64,000 nt of DNA from the human T2T-CHM13v2.0 reference genome, Homo sapiens. The stretch is from NCBI RefSeq assembly GCF_009914755.1, contig NC_060944.1, one strand, 5' to 3'. Position 1 is the first letter of the stretch, and every line of letters begins with the position of its first letter. Below the pieces are notes generated by a model. That model saw only the letters and a program-made list of their open reading frames with translations. It searched no databases and was not told the DNA's origin. Shown here in pieces: positions 1 to 15,369 of this stretch. The translations under genes and the position numbers were made by a program.

Positions 1-802
1 AGGGAATTACTAGGCAGATGCATATCAGAGCCAGATCCCCAAGGGAAGGGCTTATTTCACCTACGTGATAGCACAGTTTGTACTCAGGCACTTGAGAAAC
101 AATAATTTACCATAATTGAACCAGCCACAAATATTTATTTTGTTAAATCAGACCCACAATACCAGCCTGTCTGTGCTTTGCTGGCTAGAAAATGTCCTCA
201 TGAGTCTTAAATTTATCCTTAAAATATATTTAAAAAAATAATCTTAACTGGCTTTACCTGTACCTAGTTCAAATCGTTTTCTCTTTATGCACGGTGAAAT
301 CTCAATGTTGGTTACTGTTTCTGCACATTTCCCTCGGGATGGTGGTTTGTGAGCATACCTACCTGTGCTGCTGTGTTGCGAGCCTCACTTTGCTCACCTG
401 GGTTTCCCCAAGTGTTGTGTTTCACCACTGGGAGGAACTGGCCACTGCTGTCACCTCACCACCTACCATAAGGCCTAATATATGACATATGTCTAATATA
501 TATTTGTTGAATAAGTTAATTACTCTGGATTCCTACCTGTGGCGCAGTGGCTGACACACATATATCTGCACTGCCTTTTGTGAGTGACTGAATGAACGTA
601 TGCATTTGCCATTTGGGAATATTTTCAGTTTTATCGACGTGACTGTTTAGAGGCATAATCACAGACTTATAGGAAAAAAACGTTTAGGAAATAATTCTTT
701 GCAGATATCCTTTTGGAATATCCATGTAAGATTTGCCTTTTGACAGTTACTCCCCAATCCTCCTGCCTACCTTATCCCTCCCATTAAAAAAAGAGCAACA
801 AC

Positions 803-1169
<367 letters not shown>

Positions 1170-1218
1170 TCATCGTTTTCGTTTGTTGTTGCTGTTGTGT
1201 AAGCTTCACGTTTGGTGA

Positions 1219-1936
<718 letters not shown>

Positions 1937-2025
1937 GATTGTAAATACATACAATTTAATTGTTATAATTATCTTTTTCCTGTTTGCATCTCAGTTAAAC
2001 ATTGTAAAAAATGTTGAGATGCTAC

Positions 2026-2765
2026 TTCTCTTAATTTCAGTTCCCTCACAGAGCAGAGCCTGAGTCAAGATCTTGAGTGCAAGCAGTTTACTTGACTTGT
2101 TTATTTGACTTAGCCTGGGAAGTAGAAGTGAGGTAGAGAGTGAGCTAAGAACAGGGGAAAACCCAGTGAAGGATGTGCTGTTTAGGGGGTTACCACTGTG
2201 GGCAACTGAGTTTTGGTCCTGCTGGGAACCCTCTGAAGAACCATGTAGTAAATGTAACCTCAAACCTGCCTATCTAAGTAGCACTGTTCAATAGAACTTT
2301 CTGTAATGATGGAAACATTGTGTGTCCACACTGTCTTCTGCCATAGCCACATGTAGCTGTTTAGCATCTGAAATGTGACTAGTGTGACTGAGGAATTACA
2401 TTTTTAGCATTAGTTAATTTTAGTTAACGTAAGTGTAAATAGCCATATATAGCTAGTCACTGCTGGATTGCACTGCACAGGTCCAAAGGATTGGATGTTC
2501 AGGCGTTTATCACTAACTCTCATTCCATACGTGGGGCTTATGGGGCTGTGGGTGTTAACTCCCTCATACTTCCAACCTGCCCTGCAAGGGGCTAAGATAG
2601 CTGCCATGACTTAGGAGAAATCCCTGAGGAAGAAAAAATTGAGAGAATCAAAGTCCTTAAGAGGAGACACTGCCTTGATACAAGAAAACTGTCCCTGACA
2701 GCTGCAGAAGAAATCACAGGCTGAGAGGACACACAGGAGGCACAAAGTACCCGTGTGATGCCACC
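2026..2765 (-). mobile_element. ERVL LTR16-family solo LTR, split by MER3
   Basis: AGCAGAGCCTGAG..TTGAGTGCAAGCAGTTTA, TTACCACTGTGGGCAACTG and GTTAACTCCCT..CTTCCAACCTGCCCTGC resemble the recalled LTR16 consensus; ends approximate. Confidence 0.65.
2279..2480 (+). mobile_element. MER3 (hAT-Charlie MITE)
   Basis: GCACTGTTCAATAGAACTTTCTGTAATGATGGAAA ... TAGCCACATGTAGCT ... GAAATGTGACTAGTGTGACTGAGGAA matches the MER3 layout. Confidence 0.85.
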
Positions 2766-4151
2766 TTATGAGGCATTGAAAAAGTGACAGTTTGGTATAT
2801 TCATATCTGTTTTTACGATTCTGAAGTATCAAAGTTCACATCATAAGAAACGTAATTCTGGTAATAATCCTGAAGTTTTCAGTTAATTTAATGCTTGGAA
2901 ACTTTTAATGTTTTCTAAATAGCTTTTTTTCCTCTCTTTTAAAACTTCAATTATTTCGATTTTACTCTAATGTAGGTACTAGGACAAAACGGTCACCTCA
3001 TTAGTATGTAGTATTTTCTGTGTTTTCAATTATTACATTTTGAAATGCTAGTGGAAAATGCTGTCTGCCTTACTTTTTTATTTTCATAGAAGTGTATTTG
3101 AATTGGTTTCAACCACCATAAAGACTATTTCAACTTATTTGTTACTAATGATGCCATAGCTTAGTAAATTGCATAAGCTGAATAAAAATAGTATAACAAA
3201 AAATGTGGCAACTCTAGTGATTCAAAATGTGAAAAATGATGAGGCTCTATTTTCTTAAAGTTAGATTTAAACTATTCTATGAATATTTACATTTTAAAAA
3301 ATTAAATTTTCTGAGAAAATCTTGCTTATCCCTAAAGATACCCATCAAGCTGTAAAAATGTAGAGTTTATATAGATAAATGAAACTACATAATATATTAG
3401 AGTGTTGCTATGTAGATATGAAAACAAAATTTACTCTTGCTTTTTGCATTTCTATGAAATAACTGTTTAAAGGTTAGGAATAAAGGCCAAAATTTGCATT
3501 TAAATGGATATATTTTAAGAAGAAATGCCAATTTGTGACCTTTACCCTTGCCGCTAGTATGGTTTTTTTTTTTTAGGATTAACAATCAAACTTCAGAGGA
3601 AACACTAGAAATATAAGCAAATTGATAGAAAATGTTTAGTTTAAACAGCTTCCCAGAAAACTGTTTTTATAGCCTGTAGGGAGGGCTAATTGGGCCTTGT
3701 CATGAATCAGTTTAATCATGTAAAATATATTTGATGACTGCAATGATAGTGAAAGATTGATCCGTAGTGGTATAAATCAGGGGTCCCAATCACTGCAGAC
3801 TCAGTGGAAATGAATAGTTAAAATTCGAAGGGACCCATTAAGTGTATGATGGCAATCACAGATTTAAGGCTTCATTCTATATATTTATGTATGCATTTTA
3901 AAATCTTAAGAAGATACTTCAAAATATATTAGAGAATTTTTAAATTTGTAAAATCTACAATGGGTACTACAATATATCTACCTGTGAACCACCACAGTTG
4001 CTGGTTGAAATTACTTTATTCTATTATCTTCCAAGTTGTATTAGCCATTGTTAGATTTCAGTGTTATCAGGGTAATAGAAATTAGGTAGTGATTCAAAGT
4101 GTGTTTTAAATTATTCCTCTCTTTTCATTGACTAGTTGCATGTCTATGAGA

Positions 4152-4293
4152 ATATGTGTGTATATATATTTATATGTGTGTATATATGTATATGTATAGT
4201 CTATACAGATTGACTATGTATAATATGTGTGTATATTTATATATAGACTATACATATATAGACTCTCTATATATACATACATATGTATATATG
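4152..4293. repeat. (TA)n/(TATG)n low-complexity tract
   Basis: Mostly alternating purine-pyrimidine TA/TG run. Confidence 0.85.
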
Positions 4294-5789
4294 TTTGAGT
4301 GAGTGAATGATTGAGAAACAGATAGATTCATCAAAGCTGACTCTCCCCTTTATGTGGTATAGTAGAACTGAATGGAACATGTTTTTAGTTTAGTTTTTGC
4401 TGATGTGTGCATGTAAAGTCCTCTATAACAACCTTTTTTTCCAAAACTGTGCCATTTCCGGCACTGCTTTTTCCTCCATTGTTACTTTTTGTTTATTACT
4501 TGCACCTTGGACACATGGGGGAAAAGTCAACCTCCCTGGACAGGTTCAGGAATCAGAGGATGAAGGAAAGAGGATACATGAAGACATATATGAAGTAGGA
4601 GTTCTATTTAGAAATGAAAGAACATGTGAAATATCAGTTAACATCGGTTCATATGGAGTCCAGGATTCTATTTAATATATCAGATAGTCAGTAAGGTCTA
4701 AGAGAGGCAACTGAAGTACCCTATTTAGAGGAAAGTTGGCATCATGGAAGTTTGTTAGCCATTGCCTGGGCTCAGCCATTAGGAAATTGATATTAAGTTG
4801 GGACATTCAGTCCTTGGTCTACTAGAGAAAAAGACTTAGAAATCTAGGCTCTTAAAGTCTGAGTGAAGCTAAGGGCAAGTACAGAGGGGATGACCCAGGA
4901 GCACAGTGCCTATGGGACTGACTCTACCTAATTGTAGTTGCTTGAGGTCAATGTATCATTGAATCCACTTGCTCAGATACTGGACCAGAGCAATTTCTAC
5001 TACCATTGCTCTGGAACAGGGCATTGCACCATTCTCTTAGAAACTGGACCTTAAGAAACTGTGGCCATTTCAATTCCATTTTGATATTTATTACAGATTT
5101 CTTAGTAGATGCCAGACAGTGTGTTAGGTCCCATCACTCATATTGCCTTAGTATCCATTAGGGCTAAGTACCATTTTCTTAGCTACACTCTTCCGCATGT
5201 AGCTTATTTAGGAAAAGTCGGGCAAGTGGGTTACAGACATAGTAGAAAACATTATGTCAAATAACAACCTGCCCAGCAATGAAAGATTTTACCACGTCCT
5301 TTTTGATTCCTATTTTTGCTAAACAGGTTTAAATCCTTAAATGGTTACAGAATTCCCCCAAAGAGTAGATTATTTGTAGGTATTAGACAAAAACAATCAA
5401 ACAAACAAAAAAAACCACAACACCATAAAACTAATAAACACACACAAAAAGTGAGGGGTCCGTACTCAAAAAAAATTTTGGAAAAGAGTGGGTTAAGCAA
5501 GTTATTTTACTTCTACTGCAGAGGAGGCTTTCAGTTTGCTGTTACGCTGTAATACCCAAGAGAGACTAATGTATGCAGAGTTTCCCAAAATCATTTGATC
5601 TGGGAATAGTTTGTATTGAAGCATCTTTAGTGACTGGTGTCCTGTAGCACAAATTCGTTAAAATTCCAATGCTCCAGTTGTATCCATCACTAGGAGGAGC
5701 TAACCTCAGAGAAACTCAGGGAAGGATGCTGGGAATGGACCTGCTGGTTGTACTTCAAAAGAAGCAAAGGCAAAGGGGTCCACACAGAA

Positions 5790-6090
5790 GCCCCAAAGAG
5801 AATCAAGGTTAATGAAGGGCTCTGCATATGATGACTGTCTTTAAAGCAGGAATCCTCCAATCTGAAATGGCACAGACACTGAAGAGATAGAATTAAAATG
5901 TCTAAAATTATGAATGTTATCCATAGGTTGCCTATACTAGTCAATCAAATTCTGGAAGATGGAAATGACTAGATAAATCCTTCCCCTTGCTCCCATCTTG
6001 AGGATTAATTTATGGGTAAGAGGTCCATAGAGGCTTGTTAATAGGAAATCAGACTTTTACAGCTATATGCTAACTTTTGGCAATGATAGA
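5790..6090 (+). mobile_element. Possible ancient L3/CR1 fragment
   Basis: GAAGAGATAGAATTAAAATGTCTAAAATTATGAATG..ATAGG resembles CR1/L3 3' sequence; highly diverged. Confidence 0.35.
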
Positions 6091-9000
6091 CAGTTAAACA
6101 GAATACTTACCTGACTGAATCAGTTTGGCAGAAACATGCACAGGATTTGAAAATTTTATGATTCCAAAAGCATATCTGAACATATGCCAATTGATAACAA
6201 ATATTAGATGATCCAAGAACTATTTGGTGAAATAATGAAGGTAGTTTGTATAGAAAGCACCTGTGCTTATAGAGTTCATAAAAGTTTTTCAAAATGATAA
6301 GAGGAAATAAAACTCTTGTAATTAACTAGAAAGATATAATGTATTGATCTGTAAATTAAAGAATTTTAAATAATGAGTGTTTTCTCTCCTCTTCACTCTT
6401 GAGCCTGTTTCTTTCCTCAAGAAAATTTTGATTCCTAAAGACTAAAGTGGAAGTGTTTATTATGTATGCATAATAAATATCTAGAAAATAATAAATATCT
6501 AAAAAAAGACAAATCAACATCTGACATGAACTTTGTCTTTCCAAAGACCATAGAATGGGCTATGAGTGAATATCTTTACAAAGACAAACTTATCATTAGA
6601 ACATTTTTGGTTGTCTAACAGGCAGGAAATTGTTAAAAAAAAATCTTGTTGCAGTAATGGAGAAAAATTAGATGTTCATAGGAGCTCCCAGTGAGGATAA
6701 TCACATCTGAATGCATCCTTGAAAATAAACACAACTCAACATTTTAGTGTTCTATTATTTAACCAATTGGAGTATGAATGGATATGTAACAAAGCTTCAA
6801 TAATGTGTTTCCTCCCAGTAATTGCGTTTCTTTGTAAATGTCTGTCCTTTGAGCTAACTGTATCTTGAAATCTCCTGACTTCATAATTCTCAAAATCAGG
6901 TGTCTGAGATGGTACTACAACAGGCTACTTGAGATAAGAGTGACCATATTTAATGATATTGACCAGTCAACTAAACAAAATAATTATTTTGATCAATCTT
7001 TACCAACTAACTAGCAAAATTTACCTTACTATGACAAATTCTAATGTTTTACATAGGAAACAAAATACTAATGGCTTTACCTATATCATGCCCAACCAGG
7101 AAATTTAATTTGATTAGTGTTTTGCATATACTAAAATATTTCTATCTGGATACATGCAAGGCTCCACAGGGTGGGGTTAGATTTTTTTTTTTCAATGATA
7201 CATTCCACATTCCCCCTGAGGGAAATGTCAACTATTATCAGGCACAGCCAAAAAACAAAACAAAACAAAACAAACACATGGAAACAAATGAAAAGAACAA
7301 ACTGAAAAAGTGTTAAGTCCATACTATTGGGCAAAAATAGTAGTTAACATATGTAAAACAAGGAGAATTGTTCAAAGCTTTTTTTTCTTCTTGATATGAA
7401 TTTGTTGTAAGGCAAATATCTTGTTTGAGTCATTTGTTTATTGTGTGTAAGTGTATGTGGGTGTGTAATCATTTTGCCCATCTCTTTTGTCAGGAACCAT
7501 TAAATTCAGTGCCCAGAAAGATGTTGCAAATCAGCTACTATAAAATTAGAATATGCTAGAAACTTGTAATTAATAGTATAAAATTCTTTTACAAGACCAG
7601 ACGATGGTTCTACATTTTATGTTATATTAAAAAATGAGAAAACGTCATTTGTGAAATTTAATAAGGCAGAACATTATTATGTTCATATTGAAAGTCAGAC
7701 TAATCTGAGTGGATTAAGGGTGCCTTGTGGAATATCTTGTGTTAGTTGACTAATTCTTGTCCTCATTATTAATGTTCTGCAGCAACTGTAATACCTACAA
7801 GTAAACATCAATTGAAAATAACTTCATAAACATTTCTTAATCACCACAGATAGAATATTGTTTGCTGTGTTAATGCAGATTAAATAGCATAAATTTACTT
7901 TTATCTCTTTTTAAAAAAATAAATTTTGAAAAGCAGATTAGTGAATGGCAGAGCTGTCACCCTTGATAAAGCTGTTTCACATCTTTGGAGAGCTTAAACA
8001 TGATACACTGAAGTGTGTTCACTGTCCCTTATGAGCATTAAGTGGTTTGTAAGATAAAAGAGAGAAACCAGAAGTGAGAAGGTTTCTATTACAAACTTAG
8101 TCATATCATATAAAGGGATGGCGTAGATTAAATCCCTACTCCCACCCTTTGCCACCTCCCCTTCACTCCCCAGAACTTCAACTGTCCTTTATGACACACA
8201 ACTGAGCAGGAGACATAGAATCACATTTTTCACAGGGATTTGAAATGTCTTTGTGGTCATGGTCTGGCAGTAATAGAAGCCATATGCTGTGGGTCAGGAA
8301 GAAAGCTATCTCGAAACAGAAGAACCCATCTCCTGGCCTAATGACCTTGGGAACGTTTAGTCATTTCAAGGCATTTATCGTTGAAGCAGCGTAGGGGTCG
8401 TTTGGGCTATGTTTTCCTCCATGTGACTCCAAGTTGTGAGGGGGAGAAGTGCATATTATCCATAAAGAAGACAGCATCAGTGATAAGTAAGTGGCTAATG
8501 TCGGTAGCAATAAAATTCTCTTCCAGGGCACCTGTTAGCTGATTTGTTGTAGATTGATTTGCATTTCCCTTTGTGATTTTGAACTCCTTTTAGCTTCTTA
8601 ATACTTTAAAACACAAGTCTGATGGAATGAGAGATCGCATGAAAGAATTTGATTTAAGCTGAGTACTTTGTGGACATTGGAAAAGCAGCTTTTGTCTTAA
8701 ATTACATTGCCTTTGGAATACCAGCATGTAAGACAAAGAAACATGATCTTTGTAATGGCTGTTGGCCCATCTCCAGTTGACACACACATGCAAGTTATAT
8801 GGGCTGGGTCACTTGAGGTTTCCCATTTCCCATAAAATAATGTTTATCATGGCATGGTGGGGCTTAAAATTGGTTCCTAAGTAATTTTTGCTCCAGTCTC
8901 TTATAGTTGTCTCTGAGTATGTCCCCAGAACTGACAGTGATTTGGAGGCATTGACCATTTAACATGATACTGGTGGACATTGATCAGATGGCCAGTATTT

Positions 9001-9303
9001 GGGTAAAACTTATATTTGGAAGAGGAGAACTGATTTTTGGATATTAGGAAAAAGAGAGCCCCCTCCCCAACTTCACCAACACTGCTGAATTCCGATTATA
9101 GGTATAAGCAGGAATTTTCTAAAATTTTAGATTAGGTTTTACCAGAAATTCTCAATATTCTACTGCTGAATCTTTAAACTACCAGACACCTTTTGCTCTC
9201 CATTTTCTCAAATTGGAAAGGGGTGATGAAAATGGTAAAATGTCTCTTCCCTCTTCCTTTGTTCTCAGGGATGTTTGTTACTCATCCTTCTACTTGCAGC
9301 TAG

Positions 9304-9652
<349 letters not shown>

Positions 9653-9709
9653 TAAACTGGCTTCCTGAAAGAGTAAATTGATCAAGCTTAAAATAATTTT
9701 CTGCTGTTC

Positions 9710-9838
9710 TTTTTTTCCAGTAGGGACAAGGTCTTGCCATGTTGCCCAGGCTGGTCTTGGGCTCTTGGACTCAAGCAATCCTCCCACCTCAGCCTCTCAA
9801 AGTGCTAGGATTACAGGCCTGAGCCCCCATGCCCAGTC
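9710..9838 (-). mobile_element. FLAM / Alu left monomer
   Basis: Single-arm Alu: GGTCTTGCCATGTTGCCCAGGCTGGTCTTG ... GGATTACAGGCCTGAGCC. Confidence 0.9.
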
Positions 9839-11251
9839 TCCTGGTGTTCTTGGAGGGTTTTCCTCTGTAGGTACTTGTTCATTTGTGTCCAGAGAGACTT
9901 GGGAGACTATAATCAATACTCTTATCAGCCAGAACAACATACATTAAAACTAAAAGAAAAAGAGGAAGGTTGAGTTAAACTGGCCCTAAAAATATTGATG
10001 TTCTCTCATTGGAAAGGTTGACAGGTTCTTTCAAGGAAAGGTCATTTCAGGAACATAAGAAGTCTTTTTCACTTTACTCTTTGCTCTTATCTGAAAGCTC
10101 ATCACAGTGTTCTATAATATTTTATCATGATTCTGATAGGTTTCAGGATGAAAAATGGAATTTGGCTTAAAGAGTGCAGGGCTAGTATGAGGACACTGCA
10201 CTCTGAAATAAGTCAGAGTGATTTGTCTTCATCAGATGTTCCATAATAATACTTAACTTTTACTGTATGACGTGAAACGAGTGTTATTATTTCAAAAAAT
10301 GTATTTGTAAATTTCAGGTCAAAACTAAGAATAACTCTAAGAGTGTAAAAAATAACATATTTTAATGTTAAATTTTTTTATTGCTTACACTCTAAATATT
10401 TTCCTTTGACCAATATGAGAAATATTCCCATTGATATCTCTGTGCATTTAAACAATTGTGAAAATAGAGAACTCAGTTATAGTTAAATGACTGATGTTCT
10501 ATAAGATAACTTTATCACATAGATAAAATAATGAAGAAAAGAAATTAAATAGGCATTCCTCTCAGAGTTTCTCTGACAATCAAATCAGAGGTTTTGATTG
10601 AAAAATTCCCTCATTAATGTAGATTGAGTGAATGAACTAATTACTTTGTAATTTGTTCTAATAGAAACTTTCCACTGAGGTGAGGGGCAAGGGGAAACCC
10701 CACCGTCTTCACTGTCATGGAAAAGATAAAGAAGTAATGGATCTTTGAAATATTTCCCCTAACTTTCAAAACCTTAGCTTACAGTGTTGGAGACTACCTG
10801 AGATTACCTTTCAAGTAGATGTTTTCAGGAAAAAAAAAAAGAATATAGAAAGGCAGCCCTTGCCACATACAATGTATTTGAATAACACTACAATGCAGCT
10901 TTTGTAGGTGATCAGATAGAAGTGTCTTGCTGTTCTATTGTATTTCAGCTTGAATATCCTTCATCAAGGCAGTTACTGCAAAACAATGTTGTAAATGAAA
11001 GTTAAAATGACATTATTATAAGTAAACTTGAGTTTTCTTTTATTACCTGTCATTTATAAGGTGGTAATGCACCACGAAAGGAATTGCATATTTTGGGTAA
11101 TAAAGAAATATTCTATGACCTTGGTATTACTTATACTAAGATTGGTTTTAAGACTTTTATTTTGGGTACTATAGAGTAGAGACCATGTCATTCCCCCTTT
11201 CCTACCCCATTTAGACATTAAGACATTCTTAGTGATTTTTTTATAAGTACC

Positions 11252-11666
11252 TGTCTTCATCCATTTTCTGCTGCTGTATAACAGAATACCACCAACTAGG
11301 TAACTTACAAAGAAAAGAGGTTTTTTGTTTGTTTGTTTGTTTGTTTATTCACGAGTCTAGAGGCTGGGAAGTCCAAAATTAAAGGGCTGCATCTGGTGAG
11401 TGCCTTCTTGCTGCATCATGGCATGATTGAAGGCATCGCATGGCGAGACCGACCGTTCTCTAGAGAGAGGAAATGTGGCCTAACTCCCTTCTTTTATAAC
11501 TGTCCCACTTCTGCAATAATAAACCCACTCTCATGATAACAGCCTTCATCCATTCAGGAGGGTGCTGCCCCCTGACCTAATCACCTCTTAGAGGTCCCAC
11601 CTCTCAAGATCACAATGGCAATTAAATTTCAACATGAATTTTGGAGGGGACATTCAAACCTTAGCA
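11252..11666 (-). mobile_element. MaLR solo LTR (MSTC/MSTD-like)
   Basis: TG...CA termini; GAGGCTGGGAAGTCCAA, GACCTAATCACCTCTTA and CATTCAAACCTTAGCA motifs; perfect 5-bp TSD gtacc (11247-11251, 11667-11671). Confidence 0.9.
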
Positions 11667-12279
11667 GTACCTTTTTTCTGAAGTCTCCCCAGAGCAGTAA
11701 TCTTTAGTCCTGAATATTTCACTGAAACACTTACATGTAGAGGTATTTTCTTAAAATTGAGACCTGTCTTTATTAAAAATTATTTATAGTGATACTCTTT
11801 TCTGTTCTGTTTACAGTATATCTGAGGAAATATAAAGTGTATGCTATTAGGCTTTGTAATGTCTTATTATTAAGGCAGATATAATAGCTTTAAAGAGAAC
11901 ACTGATGGATAGCTTTTTAGACTCAAAGCAGATATTTGTGTGCGATTAAAGTAGAAAATGATACCCTACAATTGTTGAGACATTTTTGATGTTCTTTGGC
12001 TTTCCACACTGATCTTTTTCTATCTCTACAGTTAGTTTGGTTTTGGATTAATGTTTTTCATTCAGATATAGGAAATCAGTAGCACTTGAAATGCCATCCA
12101 TAGTACACTGAAGTCTTCAGTGAAACAATAGAGTCCAATATTCAATCAGAAAAGAAAATGAACTCTAGGAGTCATTTCCAGGAGACATGTCTGAAGTCAA
12201 ACTTGGGCTTTATTTCCTGTCTTCAGAGGGTGCACTTTCATAGTTGTTTTCTATAAGGTTCAAATCCCAGAGTGTATGT

Positions 12280-12520
12280 GCCACTCTCTCTCCATTTATA
12301 CCATAAACAAAAATTCAGGTCTTTATCATTTCACACCCTGGCTGTCAATGTGGCTGTCTCTCCAGCTTCTGGTCTGCTAGCTCCCCTTCTACCATCCCCA
12401 ACTCTTATTCCCTGGCTTAATTTTTATAAAACAACTATCTGATCATCTCATTTCATGTTCATTAACTTTTTTTTTTTTTTTTTTTTGCTGCCTCTAGGAT
12501 ATAATGTCTAGGCTCTTTGT
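12280..12520 (+). mobile_element. L2 fragment
   Basis: TTCAGGTCTTTATCATTTCACAC and ATCTGATCATCTCA are diverged L2 motifs. Confidence 0.5.
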
Positions 12521-13489
12521 GTTATGACTGGGGCTAGGAAAGAAAGCCATTATCTAACTGAATGGCCTCTGAAGGAAATATTAGAGCTTTTCTATAAATT
12601 TATTTTTCTCATCCTTCTAAATCTGCATGTTTGTATATATTTTATTATATATATATACTTTACCCATACAGTAGTATATGCATATAATTGATGAATAAAA
12701 ATACATATCTTGGGATATGCTCAAAATACATTTTACTAAGAGAATGCATACATGTGGCAGTTATAGATTATTAATGTCACTTTATTTTTCTCTTCTTACT
12801 TTTCCACTAGGTGAGCAAGGCAGGTAAATTAAATCTGTCCTGTTGATGGACTGAAAACTAACCTCAATACATTCTCTCAAATATGCTACAGGAGTTTTGA
12901 TTTGTTCATGAATTTATTTTTATTTTCCTACAAAGGCAACTGGTAAACACTGCCTCGCTTTTGTTTACCTCCTTTCTTTTTGACTTTTCTTTCTGAGAAC
13001 TTTTGTTTTCTTGGGCATATTTCAAAGAGCTACTAACTTTATTTCTTACATTTGGCCCAAACTGGCTTCTATTTGCCCACTCTTGTTAACTCCTTTGCCA
13101 TGAGACTGTACTTTTAATGTATACTCTTTGTTTGTACAAGTTCTTTTCTTTTCAGTAGTTGTTTCTCTTTCAGCCTTAACTTATGGCCCTATGTTCTGAT
13201 GCTTGCAACCTGCCAAGTACTTTCCAAGCCCTACACCCCTGTGGTCATCTGGTACAATTGGTACTGCCATTAGCACCACTTCCACCATCACCAAGCTGTC
13301 CTGCCTCCATTAGTTCACTTTGCCTCTTATGCTTCTTCTCTCACATAGATATCTCAGTGCATATCTGAGACTATCCTGGCCTTCCACCTCATGGTTCACT
13401 CACACTGATTATGAGTTTTTCTTGTTCTAGGAGCTAAAAATATCTCTCCTGCCATGGCCTGAGGGTCTCAACATTCCATATTCTCTTCA

Positions 13490-13867
<378 letters not shown>

Positions 13868-14144
13868 TCATAACACTAACTGTCCCCTGACTACCTCAAC
13901 CTAAATACTCCTTCTTGTTTTCTTTTTCCTACTTTAGTATAAACTCAGATACTTTAAGACAAAAGGGGTACTTCTTTCTCTCAAAAAGAAAGGCATAAAC
14001 ATAGTGTCCTAGGCAAACTGGTCCTTATGCTTACTATAAATCAATCCAAGACAACTAACTATCAAAAGGAACAGTAGAATATTCTTTCTGGAATTTTAAC
14101 AGAAGAAGAAGAGCCTTCCCTGTGGATTTTCTGAGTGATATATG

Positions 14145-14580
14145 GATTCAAGCTCTTTACATTCTGGCCCTGTCTGCCTTCTTAAACGTATCTCCCTTCT
14201 TCTTTTTCTAATATTCCTGTCACATTGAGCTATTCTCTATTTCTTAGACACAGTCTACCTCTCTGCCTTTGTCCATGGCCTTAAATGCCTTCCCAGCCAC
14301 AATCTAGCTGTTGAAATCTCATCCATCCTTGAATATCTAGCTCATGTAATGGTAATGGCCATAGAACAGCTTCTACTAACCACCCCCAGCAAAAGCAACC
14401 TCTTTCTCTCTCATGTGATGCCTTATGACATTTATTTCATAATCGTGTCACATCCTCACTTTATGATTTCTCGTATGTAATTTAAAAAATTACATAATAT
14501 CTAACCTGCTAGTTTGTAAGTTCTTTGAGGACAGGTTCTATGTCAAATTCATCTTTGTATATTCCTGACAGCCTAGTTAC
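14145..14580 (+). mobile_element. L2 3' fragment
   Basis: CTCTCTGCCTTTGTCCATG and TAGTTTGTAAGTTCTTTGAGGACAGG..TTCATCTTTGTAT are L2 3' motifs. Confidence 0.65.
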
Positions 14581-15369
14581 AATGATATTAATATATTGGA
14601 GTCACAGTTGTATTTCTAGAGAGGATTATATGGCTGAACAAAATGTTTCACAATGATATGTTCTTCTGATGGAATTTTTTAACCTAAGATTACTGAGAAT
14701 TTCTTGGTCAGCAAAAAGACAGGAGTATATCATTCTGACACTCTTTTGAGGCACATGTTTATTCAATGTCCACCCTCTCACAAGCAGATATTTAATAATT
14801 AAAAAAAGAAAATCTGCAGCTTGATTATATGCTTAGCCAAGAAATTCTTTTGCAGTTCTAAGGAAAATCTCCAGCAAACCCAATTACTCTCCCAGCAATG
14901 CACTTCAAAGGAGAGCAGAATGCATTTCTTGTACAGAATTCCTGGATATGTTTGATCATTAGTTAGGGCAAGTAGTTTGACTTGAGGCTATTTACTCAGC
15001 AGGAATAAAAAGTACAGCATTGCTTCAACCAAGAGGAGTGCCCCATACCTTCCCCAAGCAGAATTTAATAATTTGATCTGTCAGAGGAGGTACAGAGGTT
15101 GGCTATAGAAATGAGTCACGACCAGTCAGATTTGGCTGACTTGTGGGCCATTAAAAATGTTCCTTCCCCCAAACGGCATTTTTTAGGAATAATAATAACA
15201 GAAACAGTTGGCACCATGTAATTGACCAAGAACCTGAGAATTTCACAGCAGTACTTATCACTGAAACAGTTTTTGTTTTTTTGAGTCTAAGCCAAATCCA
15301 CACTTGAGTATTTTTTAAATTTATCCAGGTGTTCTATGGCTAATATTTATTTCATCTAGCAAGTGCCAC

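Noticed and set aside
6103-6113. U1 snRNA gene or pseudogene (ATACTTACCTG)
   Set aside because: The match ends after 11 nt; U1 continues GCAGGGGAG, and this sequence does not.
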